Below are positions 57,937 to 64,000 of a stretch of DNA of 64,000 nucleotides, in pieces. Each line of letters begins with the position of its first letter. Within the stretch, counting starts at the first letter, position 1. The translations under genes and the position numbers were made by a program. Source of the DNA: an uncultured Mycoplasmatota bacterium (GTDB lineage: Bacteria; Bacillota_I; Bacilli_A; RF39; UBA660); contig URNW01000004.1 of the NCBI GenBank assembly GCA_900549285.1, positions 18,969 to 82,968 on the forward strand, given 5' to 3'. Under the pieces are notes generated by a model that was given only the letters and a program-made list of their open reading frames with translations, ran no database searches and was not told the DNA's origin.

Positions 57937-58356
57937 TTACAAGCGAACTAGTTCATTTAGCCAAAAATAATCTTTGTTTTTAAAATCACATACAAATAAA
58001 TTTTTCATACTATTTAATTCTGTTAAAAAACTTGGTTTTAAGATATTACTTTCTAATAACAAAAATGCTTTATTTACTATTAAACATGAATCTTCAGGAA
58101 TGTATTTATTTTGAATGCGGTGGATATTATGAAATTTAGAATAGAAATCATTACCTTTACATTCATTAAAAATTAGATTATTAATACGACTTTTATCAAA
58201 TGGAGATACAATTTGCATAAATAAATCATAGGCTACACTTACATCACTTGTATCAAAACTATGTATATCTTCCATAGTTTTAAATAAATGATAAGGGTTA
58301 TTTTTCATTAAATTATAAAAGTTTTTATTAATATTAAAAATATAGAATGTACGCAT
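57937..58356 (-). CDS. hypothetical protein
   Basis: ORF-track frame. I prefer ATG 58356 (SD AGGTGA). Confidence 0.4.
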   Translation of the reverse strand: MRTFYIFNINKNFYNLMKNNPYHLFKTMEDIHSFDTSDVSVAYDLFMQIVSPFDKSRINNLIFNECKGNDFYSKFHNIHRIQNKYIPEDSCLIVNKAFLLLESNILKPSFLTELNSMKNLFVCDFKNKDYFWLNELVRL

Positions 58357-58429
58357 TTTTATCACCTGAAATTATCTTAGCATGTTCTTTGGGCGAATTT
58401 TGTCGAATGGTGTAATACTTTAAAAAAAA

Positions 58430-61030
58430 TTAAACACCTGTTTTTAAATGATGACGTCTTAAAAATATTTTTCTTATAAAATCAATTGGAAATACTGATG
58501 ATGCTAAGAGAAGAACTATAAAAAATTCATTAGCTTTTAATCCATATGTCCGAAATAAATCTCCCCCATGATATATTAAATAAATTTGCACACTTATAAT
58601 AAAAAGTATAATAGCAATAAATACTTTATTTTTTCTTAAATTAGCTAAAATATTAATTCTTTCACTTCGGGCATTAAAGGCATTAAAAATACCAATAAAG
58701 ATAAATAAAGCAAAATAAGCGGTCATTAAATATTTATAATTTTCTCCTACCCGAATAAATTCCCTTATGATAGGTAATTTTAAAAATAATATGCATATAA
58801 TGGCAGAATATAATCCTGTGAATAATACTTCACCAATCATATATGAATTAATAATTGGTTCACTTTTAGGTTTGGGTGGCTCATACATATAACTTTTTAG
58901 AGCAGGTTCAAATGAAAATGCTAAACCTGAGAAAGTATCCATAATCATGTTTAACCATAACATTTGAATAATGGTAATCGGTGTATTAATACCAATAAAT
59001 GGACCAATAATGGATAATATGAGAGCACACATATTTACTGTTAGCTGATAAATAATAAATTTTCGTATACTTTTAAATATAGTTCTTCCATATAAAATAG
59101 CTTTACTTATAGATAAAATATTATCATCTAATATAACTATATCTGCTGCTTCTTTTGCAACTTCGGTTCCACTACCCATAGCAAAACCAACATTTGCTTT
59201 TTTTAAAGCAGGGGCATCATTTACACCGTCTCCTGTCATTCCTACTACTAGATCCATCTCTTCTAATATTTTTACAAGTCGGGATTTATCTGTTGGTAAG
59301 GCTCTTGCTACAACTTTCAAATTACCAATTATTTTTTTTATTTCCTCATCTGTTAATTTATTTAATTCTTCACTGGTTAGTACTAAATCTTCTTTATCTA
59401 GTAGCCCCACATCCTTGGCTATAGTTGTTGCTGTTTCTTTGGCATCCCCTGTTATCATAATCATATTAATGCCAGCACTTCTAATTAGGCTTACTCCTTC
59501 TTTGGCTTCTTCTCTTAATTCATCTTTTATTGCTACTAAACCTACAAAAACTAAATTTTCTAATGTTTTTTTATTTTTGGTATAACATAGAGCTAAAACT
59601 CTTATTCCTTTTTTGGTTAATCCTTCTGCAATATTAGATAGACTTTTATGATTTATTAATAATTTTTCTTCACCATATTGATTTAAATAATAGTTAATAT
59701 TAGGTAATAGTTTTTCTATTGCCCCTTTTATATAAGTAATATTATTATCTAGAAGTGTAGCACTATATTTTTCTTTACTATCAAATGGTATTTTATCTAT
59801 TATTCTTCTTTTAATTGTTATATCTTCATCTATAAATTTTAAACATGCTCGATCAGTTCCGTTTCCACCAAAAACCTCACCTACTTCATTTTTTTTGCTA
59901 TCATTATTATAATAAAGTGATTGATAAACTTGTTCATAATATTTTGGATTTTGTTTTAACATTTTAATATTTTTATAATGAATATTATCCGCACTAATAA
60001 TCTCACTTACTTCTAATTTTCCCTTGGTTAAAGTTCCTGTTTTATCTGTTAAAAGTACATTAATACTTCCTGCTGTTTCTATTCCTACTAACTTTCTTAC
60101 TAATACATTACTTTTTAACATTCGCTTCATATTACTTGATAACACTAAAGTAATCATCATAGGAAGTCCTTCTGGTACAGCAACTACAATAATTGTTACA
60201 CTTAATGTTAAAGCATAAATTAAATGATCCATCATTACTCTAAAGTCAGTTAAAGTATTCATTATTAAATGAGGATCGAATTTATTATCAATTACAATTA
60301 CAGAAAACAAATAGGAAAAAGTTACTAAAAATGCTCCACAATAACCAATTTTACTAATAAATTTAGCTAATCCCTGTAATCTTAATTTTAATGGAGATGT
60401 TGGAGCACTTTCCGCTACTTCTTTGGCTAAAGCTCCATAAAGAGTTTTATCTCCTACTTCACATACTAGCATATAGGCATCTCCACTATAAACTACTGAT
60501 CCACGATATAATTTATGAGAATCTTGTAAATTCTTGCTATTAATAGGAGGATATTTTTTAGCTTCTTTCGTCTCTCCATTTAAACTAGATTCATCTACAC
60601 GTAATTCTCCTTTTAATAAATATCCATCTGCTGGTACTCGATCACCGCTTTGTAAGACAATTATATCATTTTTTACTACATCTTCTAATGGTATTTCTGT
60701 TACTTTGCCATTTCTTAATGCTTTTACTAAAATTTTTGAACTTTCTTCTTGAAGTCTTCTAAATGCGGCTTCACTTCCATATTCTGATATGGTAGATATA
60801 AAAGATGCCAGAAATATAGCAATTAATATACCTAATGTTTCAAAATAATTTGAATCCTGAAACAAAAATACTACTTTAATTGCCAGAGCAATTAGTAAAA
60901 TTTTAATGATTGGATCTCCTAATGATTCTAATAATAATTTTAAGAATCCTTTACTTTTTACATTCGTAATACTATTTGTTCCATATTTTTTTCTATTTAT
61001 TTCTACTTCTTCATTATTAAGACCATGCAT
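58430..61030 (-). CDS. P-type cation (Ca2+-type, P2) transporting ATPase
   Basis: 866 aa. DKTGTLT, TGDGVNDAPALK, and PEGLP in TM4. Confidence 0.88.
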   Translation of the reverse strand: MHGLNNEEVEINRKKYGTNSITNVKSKGFLKLLLESLGDPIIKILLIALAIKVVFLFQDSNYFETLGILIAIFLASFISTISEYGSEAAFRRLQEESSKILVKALRNGKVTEIPLEDVVKNDIIVLQSGDRVPADGYLLKGELRVDESSLNGETKEAKKYPPINSKNLQDSHKLYRGSVVYSGDAYMLVCEVGDKTLYGALAKEVAESAPTSPLKLRLQGLAKFISKIGYCGAFLVTFSYLFSVIVIDNKFDPHLIMNTLTDFRVMMDHLIYALTLSVTIIVVAVPEGLPMMITLVLSSNMKRMLKSNVLVRKLVGIETAGSINVLLTDKTGTLTKGKLEVSEIISADNIHYKNIKMLKQNPKYYEQVYQSLYYNNDSKKNEVGEVFGGNGTDRACLKFIDEDITIKRRIIDKIPFDSKEKYSATLLDNNITYIKGAIEKLLPNINYYLNQYGEEKLLINHKSLSNIAEGLTKKGIRVLALCYTKNKKTLENLVFVGLVAIKDELREEAKEGVSLIRSAGINMIMITGDAKETATTIAKDVGLLDKEDLVLTSEELNKLTDEEIKKIIGNLKVVARALPTDKSRLVKILEEMDLVVGMTGDGVNDAPALKKANVGFAMGSGTEVAKEAADIVILDDNILSISKAILYGRTIFKSIRKFIIYQLTVNMCALILSIIGPFIGINTPITIIQMLWLNMIMDTFSGLAFSFEPALKSYMYEPPKPKSEPIINSYMIGEVLFTGLYSAIICILFLKLPIIREFIRVGENYKYLMTAYFALFIFIGIFNAFNARSERINILANLRKNKVFIAIILFIISVQIYLIYHGGDLFRTYGLKANEFFIVLLLASSVFPIDFIRKIFLRRHHLKTGV

Positions 61031-61076
61031 ATTATCCTCCTAGATAAAATATATGTTCTAATTAAAAAAAGTAGCA

Positions 61077-62417
61077 CTATATTTTGGCTACATTCTTTTT
61101 TGGAGACTCATCATAAAGCATTTTATTTATGTATCTTTGATAAGCTATATAAAATAAATTTAGAGAGATTGGAATATTATTTTGAATGAAAAAAGCTAAA
61201 ATTTCTTTTTTTTCTTCTTCACTTGGAATACTACTCCAAGGATCACTTCTAAAATATTTTTGTTTTAAGATTACTTCAGGGCTAACTTGGGTTATTCTAT
61301 TATTCATAAAGAAAGTTTGAATCATATTTTGAAATTCTTCAGGAACTTGACTTATATAGTTTATTATTTTTAATGGAGGAACTTGTATTTCTAAATAATA
61401 ATCTAATATATCAAATTGTCGATCGTGATAACCATTTTTTAAATAATCTACTAATTTTAGTATACTTTTACTTACATCTATTATACCAAAATATAGTTGA
61501 TTTAATTTTGGATCATACATTCTAACTATCTGTAAAATTTCATTTATATTATCTGGTAATTCTAGGGGCTTTTCACTATAAATTATTCTTGTTAAAATCA
61601 TTTTAGCTTCATTTAATTCTTCTAAAGAATATTTTTTAAAAGAACTGTCTAAGCGAGTAGATCTCATTAGTTCTACTACTTTTTGATATCTTGTTAAAAT
61701 TTGCTTTTCTATTTCTTTTATATCTACTTTTTCTAGTTTATATACACCTAAAAATTTTCTTATATATTCTGGATAAAATAATCGCAAAGTTAATTTGTTT
61801 TTATTTATATATTTTACTATTTCTTCTATTGGAATATCCGATAGTAGCATGTTACATAATTTATAAAATTTAGATTTTTTAAAATTATTTAAAGATTTTT
61901 TTGATTCTGATAAGTTATTTTTTAAAATATTATTTAATGTTTCTTTCCTTTTTTTTGTTAATTTTTTATCGCAAAAGTATTGATAAAATTTTTTTATTTG
62001 CTCTACTGACAAATTATACTTTTTAGGAATGACTTCTAAAGCTTCATTATTTTTTAGTAATTCTAAGTATACACTTCTACCTATAAATAATACAATATTT
62101 TCAAATGCTTGTTGCTCTACTTTATTCGCCTTATTTTCATAATACCACTGAACTAACAAATAATCTTCAGGTTTTTTTAATGAAAAATTTATAAAATCTC
62201 CAAAAATTTCACGGGCTTTTATTTGTTTTAATAATTCTATAAATTCAGATTCCTCTTCTTTTAATTCTTCTACCATATATCTTCTTATTACTTCTAATAA
62301 TTCATCATAGCTTAATTGATAATCTTCAGATATCATTTCTAAGCAAGGCTTATACCACCTTATTTTTTCACATTTTTGATATATTTCTTGTAGTTGCATA
62401 AATACCTTCTTTCTCAT
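61077..62417 (-). CDS. hypothetical helical protein
   Basis: 446-aa ORF with no TM segment and no motif I recognise. Confidence 0.4.
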   Translation of the reverse strand: MRKKVFMQLQEIYQKCEKIRWYKPCLEMISEDYQLSYDELLEVIRRYMVEELKEEESEFIELLKQIKAREIFGDFINFSLKKPEDYLLVQWYYENKANKVEQQAFENIVLFIGRSVYLELLKNNEALEVIPKKYNLSVEQIKKFYQYFCDKKLTKKRKETLNNILKNNLSESKKSLNNFKKSKFYKLCNMLLSDIPIEEIVKYINKNKLTLRLFYPEYIRKFLGVYKLEKVDIKEIEKQILTRYQKVVELMRSTRLDSSFKKYSLEELNEAKMILTRIIYSEKPLELPDNINEILQIVRMYDPKLNQLYFGIIDVSKSILKLVDYLKNGYHDRQFDILDYYLEIQVPPLKIINYISQVPEEFQNMIQTFFMNNRITQVSPEVILKQKYFRSDPWSSIPSEEEKKEILAFFIQNNIPISLNLFYIAYQRYINKMLYDESPKKNVAKI

Positions 62418-62510
62418 GACTAGCTAGGTATTATAGCATTTTTTCTTTTCTATGTAAATAAAACCCTTTACAAAAAGTTTTATTTTTCTTACAATTATTT
62501 TGGTGATTAT

Positions 62511-63422
62511 ATGTTTTCCTATACTCTTGATAATAAAAGATATCATACATTAAATTACTTTTTTAGAAATAAATTTAAATCTAAAGTATTTAAAGTTGCT
62601 TTAAATGCTGGATTTTCTTGTCCTAATTATAAAACAGGTGGCTGTATTTATTGTAATCATGGAAGTGGTAATCATTATGAAAAAATGGGATTATTAGAAC
62701 AATTTGATTTAGTAAAAATTCCTTTAGAAAAGAAATGGCCTAATGCAAAATATATAGCTTATTTTCAAGCGAATACGAATACTTATGCTCCTATTACGGT
62801 TTTAAAAGAAAAATATGAGCAAGTTTTAACTATTCCAAATGTAATTGGACTTGATATTGCTACTCGGAGTGATGCTTTAAATGAGGAAATATTAGATTAT
62901 TTAAGTGAATTAAATAAAAGAACTTTCCTTATGGTAGAACTGGGACTTCAATCTATGCATGAAGATACTCTAAAGTTTATTAATCGTGGCCATGATTTAC
63001 AAAATTTTATAGATGCTATACAAGAATTAAAGAAGAGAAATATCTTTGTTGTTGTACATATTATTAATGGATTTCCTAATGAATCAAAGGATATGATGAT
63101 TGAAACTGTAAAATTTTTAAATCAATTGGGGATTGATGGAATTAAAATTCATATGTTATATATTAGTAAAAATACTCCTTTAGCTAAGCAATATGAAAAA
63201 CAGCCTTTTCCTCTTTTAACGAAAGAGGAATATATTCAAATTGTTTGTGAGCAATTAGAATATTTAAATCCTAATATTGTGGTGATGAGAATCACGGGAG
63301 ATCCCTTGAAAGAAGAATTAATTGCTCCATCATGGTTAGTAAAAAAATTTTGTGTTTTAAATGATATTGATAAAGAAATGAAAAAAAGAGATATTTATCA
63401 GGGAGATAAAATTATTCCTTGA
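62511..63422 (+). CDS. radical SAM protein, TIGR01212 (YtqA-like) family
   Basis: 303 aa. ALNAGFSCPNYKTGGCIYCN and a Radical_SAM_C-type tail. Confidence 0.8.
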   Translation: MFSYTLDNKRYHTLNYFFRNKFKSKVFKVALNAGFSCPNYKTGGCIYCNHGSGNHYEKMGLLEQFDLVKIPLEKKWPNAKYIAYFQANTNTYAPITVLKEKYEQVLTIPNVIGLDIATRSDALNEEILDYLSELNKRTFLMVELGLQSMHEDTLKFINRGHDLQNFIDAIQELKKRNIFVVVHIINGFPNESKDMMIETVKFLNQLGIDGIKIHMLYISKNTPLAKQYEKQPFPLLTKEEYIQIVCEQLEYLNPNIVVMRITGDPLKEELIAPSWLVKKFCVLNDIDKEMKKRDIYQGDKIIP

Positions 63423-64000
63423 TGATATCTCTTATTTTGTTTTTTAATCTTTGAATGGTATTATCTATTTGCTTTTCATTTTTTCCTGTTAATAACATGA
63501 TTGTACTACGATCTATATCATTTTTTAATAGATTAAATATCTCTAGTTCCGCTACAGATAAGTTTTGTTCTATTTTCTTTATTAATTCTTCATAATCTTC
63601 TTTTAAAGTTAAACTATATAAAGGGTCTGTTTTTTCATCACTGATCATATCTTTTAATGTTAATCCTTCTTCATAATCATAATCTAGTGAATAAAAAGAA
63701 TTTAACAACTTGGCTTTTTCACCACTATATTTTTTGATTACTTTTTTTATTCTTCTATCTACACATAGAGTAATAAATGTCGATAATTTTACTTTTTTTT
63801 GGGTATCAAAAGAATGAATAGCATCACTAAAGGCATATAGAGCTTCTTGTTCTAGTTCATACTTATCAATATTCAACGTTAAAGCAACACTGTAATACTT
63901 TCTCATTAAAATATCTATAATATATTTATATTTTTCATATATTTTATTTTTAGCTTCTTCATTATTTTGTAATGCTAGCTTAATTAATTCTTCTTCTTCC
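63412..64000 (-). CDS. sigma-70 family RNA polymerase sigma factor (5' end beyond the right edge)
   Basis: The frame stays open upstream of the track start to the window edge (EEEELIKLALQNNEEAKNKIYEKYKYIIDILMRKYY...). It has a region-2-like segment and a region-4 HTH (LSVAELEIFNLL...TGKNEKQIDNTIQRLKNKI). It overlaps the convergent gene by 11 nt. Confidence 0.6.
   Translation of the reverse strand, partial: EEEELIKLALQNNEEAKNKIYEKYKYIIDILMRKYYSVALTLNIDKYELEQEALYAFSDAIHSFDTQKKVKLSTFITLCVDRRIKKVIKKYSGEKAKLLNSFYSLDYDYEEGLTLKDMISDEKTDPLYSLTLKEDYEELIKKIEQNLSVAELEIFNLLKNDIDRSTIMLLTGKNEKQIDNTIQRLKNKIRDIIKE

Noticed and set aside
62511-63422. Possibility that the organism uses the Mollicutes code (TGA = Trp).
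   Set aside because: Well-supported genes end at TGA. For example, the radical-SAM gene ends CCT TGA TGA, and the upstream ORF of the GLUG gene stops at TGA. Trp positions in conserved motifs are encoded by TGG. The standard bacterial code fits.
1-64000. CRISPR arrays, rRNA genes, classical IS elements, prophage modules, and toxin-antitoxin or restriction-modification systems.
   Set aside because: No regularly spaced direct repeats, no rRNA-like conserved stretches, and no integrase, DDE transposase, capsid or terminase-like ORFs were recognisable. The only mobile-type gene is the Rpn-like nuclease.

Overview
This is a very AT-rich chromosomal segment of a low-GC Gram-positive bacterium (Bacillota). 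A CIRCE-controlled clpB and the overall gene content hint at an Erysipelotrichia or Mollicutes-related lineage, but that is only a guess. The standard genetic code applies, because TGA clearly terminates ORFs. About 65 protein genes are present, and roughly 85 percent sit on the minus strand. Most are housekeeping:
- Cell wall: murC, murE, dapF, uppP.
- tRNA modification: dusB, miaA, miaB, cca.
- Glycolysis: pyk, eno.
- Chaperones: clpC, clpB.
- Secretion and division: ftsY, ylxM, ftsK.
- Replication and repair: dnaD, nth.
- Others: hup, deoD, mscL, spoVS, two ABC exporter halves, and a P-type Ca-ATPase.

A five-gene tRNA operon (Val-Thr-Tyr-Gln-Lys) lies at 42.9-43.3 kb. The non-routine content is:
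1. The left 6.4 kb is the edge of a type IV secretion/conjugation-like cluster. It holds VirB4-like, PrgI/VirB3-like and VirB6-like genes, plus two secreted Cys-rich proteins that end in a pilin-like two-helix hairpin. A PD-(D/E)XK Rpn-type nuclease gene interrupts the cluster.
2. A GLUG-repeat surface-protein gene (37069-38984) is broken only at two poly-G tracts (G10 and G7). It has intact expression signals and looks like a double slipped-strand phase switch.
3. Paralogous N-terminally anchored surface proteins lie at 28.8-30.6 kb and 55.5-56.9 kb.
4. A 435-aa tandem ThyX-like protein is followed by a 27-codon tmk remnant and a non-orthologous P-loop kinase.
5. A perfect consensus promoter plus hairpin (34755-34852) has no obvious gene.
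6. An alanine-racemase-like protein lacks the catalytic Lys.

No rRNA, CRISPR array, integrase or transposase of a classical IS family was seen. All calls rest on reading the sequence and ORF track by eye; no searches were run.
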